NCBI GenBank assembly: GCA_021613535.1
Contig: CP075497.1
Span: 4,526,001-4,590,000, forward strand
DNA length: 64,000 nucleotides
Direction of reading: 5' to 3'
DNA from: Adineta vaga
Lineage: Eukaryota; Animalia; Rotifera
Below are positions 8,410-23,121 of this stretch, in pieces. Both the position numbers and the translations under genes were made by a program. The first letter of the stretch is position 1. Each line of letters opens with the position of its first letter. The notes below the pieces were generated by a model, which was not told the DNA's origin, searched no databases, and saw only the letters and a program-made list of their open reading frames with translations.

Positions 8410-10797
8410 ATGGTTGATATACACGAAAGAGAAAAATGGTCAGGTAATGCTGATTTTCTTTTTTCATGTATTGGTTATGCAATTGGTCTCGGAAATGTTT
8501 GGCGATTTCCTTATTTATGTTATCAATATGGTGGAGGTTCGTCTCGTCCTAATGTATTTTCATAATGATTTTTTCCAATCATAGGAGCTTTTCTGATACC
8601 ATATTATGTAACATTAATTTGTGGTGGTATACCTTTATTTTTCCTTGAAGTGGCACTTGGCCAGTATACAAGTATTGGTGGTCTTGGTATATGGAAAATA
8701 TGTCCAATATTTAAAGGTATGTTTTTTTAACTTCATAGAATTAAAAAGTTTTCATTTGATTTTTTTTCGAGGTGTTGGTTATGCGGCGGCAATAATAGCA
8801 TTTTGGTTAAATTGTTATTATATTGTTGTACTTGCTTGGGGTTTATACTATGCCTATCATTCAATAACCAGTTCATCCTTATTACCATGGTCAACATGTC
8901 ATAATTGGTGGAATTTAGAATCATGTCGCACATTAGCAGAAATGCGTAATTATACAGCAGCATTATCTTGTTCATCATCTGATTTGACTACAAATGCATC
9001 AGTAGCTATATGTTTACAAAATGCAAGTGAAGAGTTGGCACGATATACAAGCCCTGTTAAAGAATTTTGGGAGTATGTATTTTAATGAATAGAAAACGAA
9101 GAGATTGGATTTCATTCATTTTAGACGTAACGCACTTCAAATAACAGATGATATAGGTGATCCTGGTTCATTACGCCTTCCATTAGTTATTACATTAGCT
9201 ATTGCCTGGATTGGTTGTTATTTTTGTATATGGAAAGGTGTTAAATGGACAGGAAAAGTTGTCTATTTTACATCAATGTTTCCATATTTACTTCTATTCA
9301 TATTATTGATTCGTGGTTTAACACTTGAAGGAGCTATGGATGGAATTAAATATTTATTTATTCCTGATCTATCGAAATTAAAAACATCTGCAGTAAGAAT
9401 TCTTTCAACAAAGAAATCATATACACATTTAATTTCGTTTGATTTTGAAGCTTTGGATTGAAGCATCGACGCAAATCTTTTTCAGTTATGGACTTGGTTT
9501 AGGCGCATTAGTGGCTTTAGGAAGTTATAATAAATATAATAAAAATTGTTATCGGTAAGAAGACAACTGTTTCTTTATATTCAAAATAGAATTTTAATAA
9601 TATTATGTTCTAGAGATACATTGATATTAGCTGCTTTTAATGAAGGAACTTGTTTAATTAGTGGTTTTGTCATTTTTTCGGTTATTGGATTTATGGCGAA
9701 AACTGAAGGAAAAAAAGTTAGTGAAGTCGCTGATTCGGGTAATTCAAATAGAAAAAAAATGTAGTCGTTCATTGAAAATTCTTTTTCGAATTGCTAGGAC
9801 CTGGCTTAGCATTTGTTGCATATCCAGCAGCAGTTGCTCAATTACCATTTTCACCATTTTGGTCAGCACTTTTCTTTATTATGCTGATTTTCATCGGTTT
9901 GGATAGTCAAGTAAGATACTTTTCTATTATATATTAAACAATAGTTTTACGAAATTCAACAATAAATATTTTAGTTTGTAACACTCGAAGGTTTTATCAC
10001 CGCATGTGTTGATGAATGGCCAATCCTACGTCGTCGAAAAGAATTGTTCATTGCTGCTGTTTGTTTCGTTTCATTTTTAATTGGTTTACCTACCGTTACT
10101 CAGGTACTAATTCTTGAAACGAAATATGAGAATTTAATAAGTGAATTTGCCTTGTCTGTGTTTGTTTTTTTGTAAAGGGTGGAATGTATGTTTTCAAAAT
10201 TTTGGATTATTATTCTGCTAGTGGTTGGTGTTTACTTGTCTTACTCTTTTTCGAATGTATCAGTGTATCATGGTTTTATGGTGCCAATCGATTTTATGAA
10301 GATATTAAAGATATGATTGGTTATTATCCTGGTCGATTCTGGAAATGGTGTTGGATTGTTTTTACTCCACTTCTTTGCACCGTAAGAAATATTGAAAATA
10401 AAAGAAAAATTGATTCTTAAGATTTACGTTTATAGGGCATCGCAATATTTAGTCTTATTGAATATGAACCGGTGAAATATAAAACTTATCAATTTCCTAC
10501 ATGGGCAGAATATATCGGTTGGTGTATTGCACTCTCATCAATTTTAGCAATTCCGATTTATGCTATTGCTTTATTTGCAAGACAAACTGGTTCATTTAAA
10601 GAAGTAAATAAATTAATTGAAAAAAATATTCTCCCTTTTCTATTATTATCAAACTCATTATTTGTCCTTTTAATTTATAGCGATGGAAAAAAATCACTAC
10701 ACCAACAATTGATCTTAATCCACCGATTGATGAGGACGATAATGAAACAAAACAACGTATGCTTATCGAACATACAACAGCTATGACAAACCTTTAA
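8410..10797 (+). CDS. Gat: SLC6 sodium:neurotransmitter symporter, GABA transporter (GAT-1)-like, multi-exon
   Basis: [38 protein letters not shown]; [13 protein letters not shown]; [10 protein letters not shown]; LDYYSASG; short GT-AG introns; ends ...AMTNL*. Confidence 0.92.
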
Positions 10798-11815
10798 TTA
10801 TACTTTCTATCGTTTATTCGTCGTTTTCTTTCTCTCTCGCTTTCCCCCCTTTTTTCTCGTCTTTTAATGTTTCTTTGCGCAATAATCTAGTCATTATTAT
10901 CATTCATAGATTGTAGATGTTATTTGGGATGCATTGATATCTAGATATAAATAAACTATCAACAGGCACGCTTTGCTTCTATCAACAAAACTCGTTAAAA
11001 GTCGATGATTAAAACATCAGTAAAATCAAGAAAAAGACACGTAGATTATTGATGACCTTGGGCTCAATATCTTTTCTTTTTCCCTATACATTTGGAACAA
11101 TCTACAGAAGAAAAAGAAGAAGAAGAAGAAGAGGAAGACGAAAAAAAGAAAAGGGGAGAGAACAGTTGATGATGGCCAGTGCTATGTGCTGTTCAATGTT
11201 GACTTATGGCTCTGTGACCTCGTGCCGATGTTGAACATCGTCGAGGCAAATGTAAGCAGAAAGCGAGTGAGAGAGAGAGAGAGAAAAAAAATACACACCT
11301 TTCTTTCTTCATTTTCTCTCTCTCTCTCTCTCTTAACATATCGTCGAACCATCTACGTTTACTATTCTTACCACAACTAACACATATTTCATTTCTGTCT
11401 TTTTTTATATTTCAAATGATTTTAAAATGAACTAGTGAGCAACTAGATACAACACCGTCGAAAGTAACGTGTCGATTTATACATTCGTTAAAATTTTTAT
11501 CATCACACTCGCCTTCTTTTTCTCTCTATAACAGCTGATTTTATATGTATATGTACGTTTCGTATTCGATCACGAATGAAGATACTAATATAGAAGAAAG
11601 AGAAAATAAAATGTAAATATTTCGAATGCCATGCAGTTGAACAAATGTTGAAACATACGTCTCACACTTGATAAGTATTTTAAACATTTTCTTTTTTTTC
11701 TTCTTTTTCTTTTCTCATTGCTTGATTGTTCATAACTTAACATGTAAATTTCATTTGTCTCATTCAATTAACTAACGAAACCTTATGGTAACATTGGACG
11801 TTTTTTTGCTTTTAG

Positions 11816-13628
11816 ATGAGTACTACATATGATACTTCCGATTTTACTTATAAAGCTCGATTAGTTCTCTCCAATCTTGACTCAGTACGACATGATCATA
11901 ATCTTTTACTTTCATCAACTACTGATGAAGATAAACGTCAATGTCTTCAACAATCACTTGAATCAGTTGATTTAGGTATTGATGAAGGTTTGGTTATGTT
12001 ACAACTTGGTCATCATTTCGATGATCTTGATAGTGAAACACATAAATTAATGTTACAAGTGCAAAGGTTAACACAAGAAAATAATTGGCTACGTGATGAA
12101 CTTTCTCTTACAGAAAAACATTTACAAATGAGTACACACTTACGACAAGATTATGAACGAGATATTCATTTATTAAATGAATCATTAGCAACATCACCAT
12201 CGAATACTAATCATCTGAATATATCCAATTCGATTGACATTGAAAAAGAAATGCCTATTGAATCACGAGAACAAATACAAATCAATTCGAATTCGAATCT
12301 TGAATCGAAAAATCAGTCCGATATTCCACCACGTTTTCGTACATTACATAATCTTGTTATTCAATATGCTCAAGCTGGTCGATATGAAGTTGCTGTACCA
12401 TTATGTCGACAAGCACTTGAAGATCTAGAGAAAACTCATGGTCATATACATCCAGATGTTGCGACTATGCTCAATATTCTTGCTTTAGTTTATCGTGATC
12501 AAAATAAATTTAAAGAAGCATTACAATTATTAACTGAAGCCTTAACGATACGTGAACAAACACTTGGATTGGAACATCCAGCAGTTGCTGCCACATTAAA
12601 TAATTTAGCTGTACTCTATGGAAAAAAGAATCGATATAAAGAAGCAGGTAAAATAATGATTTATTTTCCATTGATATACAAAATTTTCACTCAATGTTTT
12701 GCCATTAGAACCATTATGTAAACGTGCATTAGAGATTCGAGAAAAAATCTTCGGTGTTAATCATCCAGATGTAGGTAAACAATTAAATAACTTAGCATTG
12801 TTATGTCTCAATCAAAATAAATATGATAAAGTCGAAGAATATTATAAACGTGCAATTGATATTTATACAAAATCTTACGGAAGAAATGATTCTAATGTAT
12901 TAAAAACTAAAAGTAATCTTGCATCTGCTTATTTACGCGAAGGAAAATATAGATTAGCTGTACAATTATATCAAGAAGTTTTATCTGGATTAAATGAACA
13001 ATGTCAAACTTCATCAATAAATCGTGACATGACATCAATCACTACAACATTAAAAAATCTCGGTATGATTTTAGTCATTTTATCATTGATTTTTTTATAA
13101 AAGTTTCATTTTTTAGGAGCACTTTGTCGTCGACAAGGTCTCAATGAACAAGCTGATTTACTTGATTCATGTACAGCTAAATATTCACAAAATTCTTCGG
13201 AAGCAATCAATAGTGCATTGAATATTCTACGAAAACTTCGATTCAATGATGAAATCAATGGTGAAGTAATACGACGTTCTCAACCAAATGTTCCACAAGA
13301 ATATGGTAAATTACGTCGGAGTGGTTCATTTCAAAAGTTACGTCAAAGTATTCGACGTGGTTCAGAAAAACTTGTCCAAAAACTTCGTGGAACTCCAACT
13401 CATCTTCCATCATTAAATTCTATGCAATTTCAAGAACAAAATAACTCAATCAAACGTGCATCATCAATGTCTGTTTTAAATCATAATTTTCCATCTTATC
13501 CATTACAACAACAACAAACCAATCGAACATTGAATAATCGATGTTCAATTGATCAACAACAACAACATAAACAACAATTCATTCCCCCATCACGAGGTCG
13601 ATTGACAAGTGCAGAAAATCTTCATTAA
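11816..13628 (+). CDS. KLC: Kinesin light chain, 3 exons
   Basis: Heptad [16 protein letters not shown]; TPRs [52 protein letters not shown]; C-terminal [16 protein letters not shown] and KRASS. Confidence 0.95.
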
Positions 13629-13860
13629 TCTTTCGTTTGAATGAACGTTTACACTAGTCATACACATGAATGTGTCTCTCTTTCCTGTTACATTCCATTG
13701 ATAAACAAAAGAGGATTTTCTTTTCAGGGTGCTCAATTACAATTTTGTGAAACGAAAAAAAAACAAACGTTTTTAATTGTCATATATTGTTGTTGTTCAA
13801 AAAGGAAATTTTTTTTAAGCGCGTGTTTATATTTTATTTAAGTTTTTTTTTATTCATTTA

Positions 13861-15319
13861 ATGGCACATCTAAAACGATTTAATTCGACAAATCGTCGTT
13901 GTACAACATTATTTCTTGATAAATTTGCATTTCGAGATCAAGTATAAATATGTCTGAAAAAAAAACTTTTTTAATCTCTTTTTTGTCTTTTTGATTGTAT
14001 AGTATGGATTTATTAAAGATCCTCGACACGAAACAGTCGATGAATTTACATCGATTAATGCTATTTCATCAGCTGACAATGAAAAAAGTAGAGAGAGAAT
14101 AAAAAAAGAATTCATAACAAATGAATAGTTGTGTTTTATAGCTGATATTGAATTGGATAAGATGAATACGGAAATAAGTGAGATGTTACGTGGTTTAGAA
14201 TTACGAAAGCGTTCATATTATGTTAATATGCCGAATCTTATCTATGTTATTGGTATGATAAATTATTCGAGTAATTGTGAATCAAAATGATTAATGAGTA
14301 TCATCATAGGTGGTTATCTATTCGATCCATTTCGAAAAGAACGTCGACCACCCGATAATGATTGGAGATGGGATATTGAAGAAAAAAAGTTAGAAAAAAT
14401 ACCACCGATACCAGGTTATGGTCGAATTAATTTTGGAATTGCAGCTAATAATGGTAAAGCAATAGTTTTAGTATTGACATTTTTGATTGTAGATACGTTA
14501 TTAGGAAAAGTCGTTGTTATTGGAGGAAATACAATATTAAATAAGTATATTATTTCTTAATATAAATTTATTGAGCATATTGAAGATATGTAGACCAACC
14601 GATACTTGTTATGTCTATGAACAAAATGATGAACAATGGCAAATGTTACCATCTTTACCAAATCCATTATGTGGTAAGAAATCTTCATCTATATGAATAA
14701 TTCATTTTGACTTCTAGGTTCTGCTGTGACACTTGATGAAAAAGATTCTTTGTATGTTTTTGGTGGTTATGATTTACTTTCTGGTAATGTTCAATTTCGT
14801 AATGATTTTTTACAACTTGAAGATTTAACATCCAAAAAGTCTAAAAATCAATTTAATTCTTTTTTTCTTCGTATAAAATCGATTTGATCTGTTTCATTCA
14901 GATGGACAAAATTAAAGAATACATTCAATATGGAAAATAAATCTCAAACAGTTCTACCACGAGCACGTGCATTACTTTTAGCTTGTGGAGATGATATTGT
15001 TTCACCTGATGGTGGTCTATTTGCTTGTGGTGGTTATCATAAATCACCTACAGGTGAATTAATTCCTGTCCCAGAAATCATATGTTATGATAAATCAACA
15101 AAAGATTGGATTTTTCTATCGAGTATTCCAAATCTTAAGAAATTGAATATTTTCTCTGTTGACAATAATATATTGATTATTTCGGATAAAATTAAAACTG
15201 AAGAAGATGATGAGCTCATTCCAATATCGAAGTATGATTTTATGAATCGAAAATGGTTAATGATAGATCAAAAAGAAATTGAAGAATCTCCAATTGAAAA
15301 AACAGAAACAGATCAATGA
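13861..15319 (+). CDS. Kelch-repeat protein, multi-exon
   Basis: Spliced model starts MAHLKRFNST... and carries Kelch motifs IYVIGG, VVVIGG, LYVFGG, LFACGG with downstream Y...W. Confidence 0.75.
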
Positions 15320-15457
15320 CATTTGTATTTTTTTAAACTTTTCAAAATAGTAAAGAACTGTACACTAGATCATTCCTAGTTGTATTAATGAAAAGAAAAT
15401 ACGGTTCATGTAGACACTAAAACGAAGAAGAAAAAAAAATGAGACGCAAACTAATTT

Positions 15458-18181
15458 CTATGTTGCATTATGAAGTAATCCATCGAGAACACGAAGACCA
15501 TTTTGAGTAATGGTACCCATCGTTTGATTATAACCACCAAAATTATCTCGTGCTATCATTGATGATGTCGTGTTCGATTGATTAGCATATGTTGGACGAC
15601 GTGATGGTTGTTGATGGCTATATGTCGATCCAAAAACCGATGGTGATGCACCTATATTGGATTGGGGTATAGCCGATGCTGATTGTAAACGAGATTTGGG
15701 ACGAATATCAGCTGCTGAATTTGGTCGAAGACTTGATATCTATTTCAAAAACATAGAGAAAATATTTCTTTTATGAAAAGGAAATATATGAGTGCTAATT
15801 ATTAAATTACAAATTTTTGATTAACTCTTGCTTGTGCGCCAGTACTTTTTTCACTTGGACCAGAACGTTCATCATTGAATACAACTGTTGGACGACGAAT
15901 ATAATAATTATGAGAACCATTTTGTGATTGTTTAGGAGGTGTAGGTGTCGGAGCAGAACCTGAACGGAAAGCTCGATTAGCTATTGATGATCTTTCTCGA
16001 GAAATCGGTCCATTATTTGTTCTCTACAGAAAAGAAGAAAAATAATCAAATAAAAATGATTAGATATAGTTTTATTAGTACTTGATATGCAGTAGAAGTG
16101 GAAGGTACATTTCGTTGTTTTGCACTTATAACTCTAGGTTGTGCTAGATTTGATTGAGAACCATTATAACTATTTGATCGTGCAAGAAGTCCCGGATAAG
16201 ATGTGTTTGATTTGGAATATTCTTGTTGGCCATTTGTAAAAGTATTATTATCCGTTGTATCTTGTTTATATAACTGTCGAGTTTTATTATTCTCATTGGT
16301 ATTTGATTGAGGATGATTTGAATACGTTCCTCGTGTAGGAGCATCTTGTTTAGCTGGTGGTGGTGGCGGTGGTTGTTTATAAGTATCGTATTCAGTTTGA
16401 TCAATATAAGCACTAGCACCATAACGTTGTGGTGGATCCGTTGACGGATCACGTGATTTGGGTTGTTGAATATCTGTGGTAATAGTATTCGATGGTATTT
16501 TAGCTGAAACTTCTCGTAATCGGATGAACTAGAGTTTTAAGAAAATAGTATATTTAAATCTTTTGTTGAATAATAAATTACTTCATATAATTTTTTTCGA
16601 TATTCATCAACAGTTAATTGTATATCATCACTTAGTTGTGGAACAACATCATAACCTTTGGTAATTTCTTCTTTTGGATTATGAAATCTAAAAATTTATC
16701 ATATAAATTATGTTAACAGAAAGAAAATCAAACATACGAAGCAACATAACTATGTCGAAGACCTTCTTCTGCTGTAATTCTTTTATCCGGATTGAACTGA
16801 AGAAGACGACGAAGTAAATCAAGAGATTCATCTGTGATATTTGGAATTAAATTATCAAACGATTTCTTTGGTCTAAAATTGATCAATTATTTAATAATAG
16901 AGATGGTATTAGGCTAATAATTTACCCAGATCCAGCACGTTCTAAAACACTAGGACCGTACTGTGATGGAATACAAGCAATATCCGATTGGCTTGGTGTT
17001 GGAATATGTTGGAGAATACGCTCTAACTGATTGAATGTTGATGTGCCTTGAAATAATGGTTTTCCAAGTAACATTTCACCAAAGATACAACCTGAAAATA
17101 ATTTAATATAGATTTCTTCTATCTGATAAAAAGTCACAGCAGCGATTATAAAGACATTTAAAATATCGTTTCATCTATAAACTCCTCTTTAATATAAAAA
17201 ACTTCTCTACTCACCAATCGACCACATATCGACACCTTTCGTATATCTAAATATCAATCAATTTAATATATGCGAAAGAAAAATACATTTTACTATTACT
17301 TCGATGAAGCGAGAAGAATCTCTGGTGCACGATACCATCGTGTTGCTAAACGAAATAAACAAAAATATTTCTTACAAAATCTGATTTCTTATCAACTGAC
17401 CAACATATTCTGTCATAGCCGGATGTTGAACATCCTCATAAACATGATTTAAAGATCTTGCTAAGCCAAAATCACAAATTTTTACTCGACATTGTTGGTT
17501 CACTAAAACATTTGATGGCTACATTAGAGAGAAAAAAAACAGATATTATCAAATCTTATTCTTCGAACAAATCCTTTTTTTTACTTTCATATCTCGATGA
17601 ATAACATTTGCTGAATGAAGATATTTCATTGCTTTAAGTAATTGATATATCACATAACGTTTATGTGTATCTTTAAGAATATTTCCTTTTCGTATAACAT
17701 TATGAAGATCCGCCTCTAAATAATCGATACCAATGAAGAAAAGTCGGTATAACTGTTTTCTCTTCTTACCCATAAATTCAAAAACAAGATAAATATCTCG
17801 ATCATTATCTGCACGTAAAACATTATGTAATCGAATGACATTTGGATGTTCACCAAATTCCCGGAGAAAAACGATTTCACGATATGTTCTCTAGAAGAAA
17901 CGTATTCCAATGTATATATATATATATATATTGCTATCTAATATTCATCTTACTTGTGCATCGGTTTGATTTCGAAATGCATCGAATATTTTTTTTAATG
18001 CCACTACTTCTTTACTTCGTTTATCTGTTGCTTTCCATACAATTCCATAAGCTCCTTTTCCAAGTCGTTTTTGAATCTCATAATATCTTAATATATGTGT
18101 ATCAACTCCTAAAAATAAGTCAAACATCGTCAATAGAAATCTCGATTGATATAAACGAATTTCATGCGTACCTTCCGTCAT
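15458..18181 (-). CDS. MAPK15: Mitogen-activated protein kinase 15 (ERK7/8)
   Basis: [36 protein letters not shown]; HRDMK; [17 protein letters not shown]; long low-complexity C-terminal tail. Confidence 0.95.
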
Positions 18182-18689
18182 ATTTTCATGCAAAGTTTTC
18201 TGTGATTTATTTATTTAAAATATTAATTCAAACATTTAAGTTTTGCTCTGAAAATTATTACTAAAATATGTTATTTTGCAGTCGAGAACAACCATAAGAA
18301 ATGGTAACTGATAATCAACTACATGACAACACCCTCGAGTTTGTATATGTAAGAATAGGTAATAAGCAGAGGTCACTATACGACGAGTTTACATTATATT
18401 TTCTTTAAGAAAAAATTAGATGTTTTAGTAATCATATTGATATACTTTTAAAAGTTCAAAGATAAACGATTTCTCTGTCCATAAATCAGCTGATAAGAGA
18501 AAAAAAACGAATATATAAATCATTCTTCACAATATACACGTATATGTATATAAATACTTTTTCTTTCTGTTGTTCGCGTCTTTTTTTCTTTTTCCAAGTC
18601 AAACGGAGAAAAAAACGAACAACTTGTCTATGAATCAATAAAGGTTATAAACAATCATATATATTTGTTGAAATATTTCCTATCTAGAT

Positions 18690-20606
18690 ATGAGTACTCG
18701 ACGTAAAAGTACCATCTCTCATGGTCTTAATCATGTACGTGCATCTGTGGTTTCACTTTATTCAGCATTAGATCCACATGATGACGAACATCATCATCAT
18801 AATCGATTTACTCGATGGTTTTCAAGAAATTGTATTAAAAAAATTGATGTATATCACGTTTTGGAAAGACAAGAAGGTAAACGAACGCTCGTTTATCATT
18901 TAATCGTTTTTGCTTTAACATTAATTTCACTTGTATTTGGTTCAATATCAACAATACGAGAATGGCGACCAACATTAGATGCGCCATTATATTATGGTGA
19001 ATTAGTTTTATGTATATTCTTTGCTTTTGAATTATTATTACGTATTTGGTCAGCTGGCTATCTAACAGAATATCGAACATGGCTTGGTCGATTAAAATTT
19101 ATCACTCGACCAGTTATTGTCCTTGACACATTAACATTATTTGGTTTTACAATAACATTAGCTACAGGAATGAGAACAAGAGAATTTCCACCATTAACAT
19201 TAAAATTTCTTCCACCGTTACAAATGATTCGATTTTTACGTGTTGATCGACAATTATCATCATGGAAAATTTTAAAAGGAACCATTATTACACATCGCCA
19301 AGAACTTACAGTTACATTAGTTATTGCATTTATGTTTCTTATTACTGGTTCTTATCTCGTTTATATCGCTGAAACACCGATTGATCCAAATCTAAATAAA
19401 GGACCATTTCGATCATATGCTGATACAATGTGGTTTTCAATTATTACGGTAATATGTCTTTTACAATGAATCTGAGGTGTACATAAAAAACATTTGATAT
19501 CATTCTTATTCGATAGAAACAGGTGTTGATACATGATTGTTTTTTTTATGATCGAATATATTTGAAAGATAAAAGCATTTACATATTGTTTTGTTGATAG
19601 AAAATATAGAATAATAATGAGAATAAAAATAACAATGCATGTCTTGTCTATAAATTTTGATTTTAATTGTTTATACGAGATCCAAATATTAAACAATGTG
19701 AAGAGGAATTTTTTCGTTAGTGAAATATGTAGAAAATTGTATATTATCCATAGATGACAACTATTGGTTTTGGTGATCTTTATCCGACAACTTACATTGC
19801 TAAAATGATAACAACAACAATTTGTTTTCTCGGGGTTGCATTTTGGTGTTTACCAGCTGGTATTATCGGTAGTGTATGTATACATTCTCTTTTTCTTGGG
19901 ATAGTTTGTTTTTTTTAATATCGAACGCATTTTTCAGGGTCTAGCAATCAAAGTTCAAGAGAAAAAACGTGATGAAGCATTAAGTCGTCTTGTACCAGCC
20001 GCTGCTAGTGTCATACGTAATTGGTGGCGTTTACGATGTGCATATCAAGGTGATCGTTATGTTTCAACATGGCGTATTTATACATTAATTCAACGTCGTG
20101 TCAATGCTCTTTCGCCGTCGAAACAAAAGTCTGAATCTGCACCTTCCAGTAGTTCATCACCAGTAGGTAGAAACAATCCTATTCGATTTAATTTTACAAA
20201 TTCAACAAATCCAACTCCGAAATTAAATCATATTCGACGTAAATCGATTATGGAGATGCACGATCTACCAGAACGTTATATAACTGCAATAAAAATCATT
20301 CGAATATTGAAATATTCAGTTGCTTGTAAGAAATTTCAAGAAGCGAAACGGCCAATTGACATCAAAGATGTTGTCAAACAAAATACTCAAATGAATAATC
20401 GTCTATCAATGATGTTGAATGATGTTCAACGTCGTTTAGATTTTGCATTAGGAACAACAAAACCAGCATCGTATTTATCCGATGAACAAAAACGACAATT
20501 GAGTTTAAGTGCTCGTATTGAAAAAGTTGAAAAAATAGCAAATCAATTCGAAACAAAATTAAATTACTTAGAACAATTAGCATTAACATTAGTAGAAAAT
20601 ACATGA
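18690..20606 (+). CDS. KCNQ: KCNQ (Kv7)-family potassium channel, divergent
   Basis: RIWSAG in S2, S4 ..QMIRFLRVDRQ..W, HRQEL, FRSYAD.WF, pore TTIGFGD, LPAGIIGSGLAIKVQE, helix B KKFQEAKRP.DIKDV. Confidence 0.9.
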
Positions 20607-20670
20607 GAGAAGCAAAAGAAGCGTTTATCTTGTTTTTGTATATAATTGATTTGAAAATAAATTTTCTATT

Positions 20671-21157
20671 CTAACCTGCTGAATGAGGTCGTATAATATT
20701 TGTATGTACAGGTGGTTTATTCTTAACAATTGATGAACATGTTTGAACTGTATTGGAAATTGGTTGTTCCCAATCTGTATTGAAAAAATCCGGTGTAGAA
20801 AGTTGTACTAATGAAACTTCTGATTTCTTTTGTTCACGTAGATACGATGGTATCAATTGTCTATATTTATCATATTGAATTCTATTCAGTTGTTCAATAA
20901 GTGTTGAACGTGTACGTTCAAGATGATGTTGTTCTTTACGAAGAATATTTAAACGAATATTTTTTTCTCGTTCATAATATTTTAATCGAATATCAAGAAG
21001 ACGATCTTCACGTTTATTCTTTGCACGTACGTCATCACCTAATTCACTATAACGTTGATGAAATAATTCATTATTAACATTCTAGAAAACGACCAAAGAT
21101 TCCTTGTTTACAAATCAAAATCCTGATAATTACCGGTTTTGTTCGAGTCATTGCCAT
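20671..21157 (-). CDS. Small uncharacterised coiled-coil protein, 2 exons, ~145 aa
   Basis: MAMTRTKP, a GT-AG intron, then NVNNELFHQRYSELGDD...PHSAG* in a continuous open frame. Confidence 0.65.
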
Positions 21158-21815
21158 AAAAATATCTTACTTTGAAGAAAAAGATTTTCTTTCTTACGAA
21201 TTTGTTTAATATTCATTCACAAAATGTAAAAAATGAAAGGAATCGAAATTAGTTTCTGTTTCTCATTCAACTTAACGAACTACGTTTGGTGTACGTTATC
21301 ACTTACTGTCAATCAATTTGGTAATATGAGAGAAGACTCAAACTAGTTTTTTTTTTCTTTTCTACTTCATAACAAGTCGAGTAGACACAACGAATCATAA
21401 ATAATGTAAAGACATGCAACATTTTAATCTTTTTTGATTTCAATATCGAACAATTAATAATGGGAGTAGAGTTTATCGAGTTGGGTGATTTGAACATGTA
21501 TTTCTTTTTATAAATGTGTTAATCTCATGAGAATAGTTACTCAATTTAGAAAGCAAATGTTGTATTAAAAGAAACAAGATCAATATTTTGACACCTTTAA
21601 AGATTGTTTACGAATAATTGCATCTGATAATTTTTAGTTAAATTATTTTCTCTAGTTCTACTAGTCATCAATTAATTTTATGTTTATGCTAGATGTAACC
21701 CGATTGGTCGATAGAATTGCCTACGTTACCACGAGAGAAAAACAAATAAAGAAAAATAATCGTTCACACTTTTTTTTAGTAAAAGACGCTCATTAAAACT
21801 GCCAGAAGAGAAAAA

Positions 21816-22676
21816 ATGAAACGATCTAAAAAAAGCAAAACTGTATCCAGTGATTCTGCAAGTAAAACCAAATCTCATCTTCGTCTTGATTGGGTACCAC
21901 CACCACCTGCACTGGGAACTCAAGTAATTTATATCCGAGCTTTTAGTCATTTAAAATAATAACTTTTTGATTAAAGTTATTAGCTTCTTTAGAAAATAAT
22001 CCATTGGATGAAAGAAGCGTTGCTGGTGTTCGTCTTTCACGTGCTGTTTATAAACATTATACAGCTCAAGAGATTCGTGATCTTAAAGAAGTTTTCGATT
22101 TCTTCGATCATAAACGTCGCGGGTACGATATAGTTTATTCCTTTGGATCGATCATATAACTCCTTTTCGTCTATTGTTTTAGCAATTTAAAACCAAAAGA
22201 TATTGTCTACGTAATGAGAACATTAGGTGTGAATATTAATCTTGAACAATGTACAATTTATGTAGAAAAAGAAAGTCAAGATAAAACGTAAGATATTAAG
22301 ATTAGAAGATAATGAAATGAAGCATAATGTTACTTTAGAACATTGAACTTTGGAGAGTTTCTTCATTATCTTGCACATTATCAAGATGGAGAACAAGATG
22401 ATTATGATGAATTAAATTTAGCTTTTCAATTATTTGATACAGGCAAGAATTTTTTCATGTTGTACTGACCAGATCGCAATGTTATTTTATATTGTAGATG
22501 GTCGAAAATATCTTGATTTAGCGACACTTCGAAAGATTAATCAACAGACAGGTTTAAATTTAAGTGAACTTGAATTACAAGCAATGCTTGAAGCAGCAGA
22601 TCGAAATGGTGATGCTCGTATTGATCTTCAGGAATTTATTCGAATGATGAGACAAACAAATTTATTTTCACGATAA
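21816..22676 (+). CDS. EF-hand calmodulin/centrin-like protein
   Basis: IRDLKEVFDFFD, LAFQLFDTDG and MLEAADRNGDARIDLQEF motifs; basic N-terminal extension; one GC-AG intron (22443-22497). Confidence 0.85.
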
Positions 22677-23121
22677 GAATATCAGTTTTTCTATTTAATC
22701 TAACATACCAATAAAAATAGTTTACTATTTATCTATTTTTATCTACCTGAATACGTTGATTTATGTCGCGTAAAAGTAGGTAAGTACTTAACATAATCGT
22801 CTATTAAACTGTTAATGAAATCATGCGGAAACTATTTTGATAAGTCTCGTCTTAATTCTCATGCTGATTGCTACTACACATCATCACGCTATTATCTCTT
22901 CATGATGAACTTTTTCAAAATCTTATATATCGACTAGAAAAAACATTGACATAGGTCAAGTACATTGTTCATAATAGCATACAAGATGAACTTCAATCTC
23001 TTTCAATGATCCTTGTTTTATATCATCGAAAGATTGACATTGCATTCGATTTCATTTTATTTCAATACTAAACAAGAGAGAAAGAGAGAGAGAGAGCGAG
23101 CGAAAAACGAAACTATTTTGT

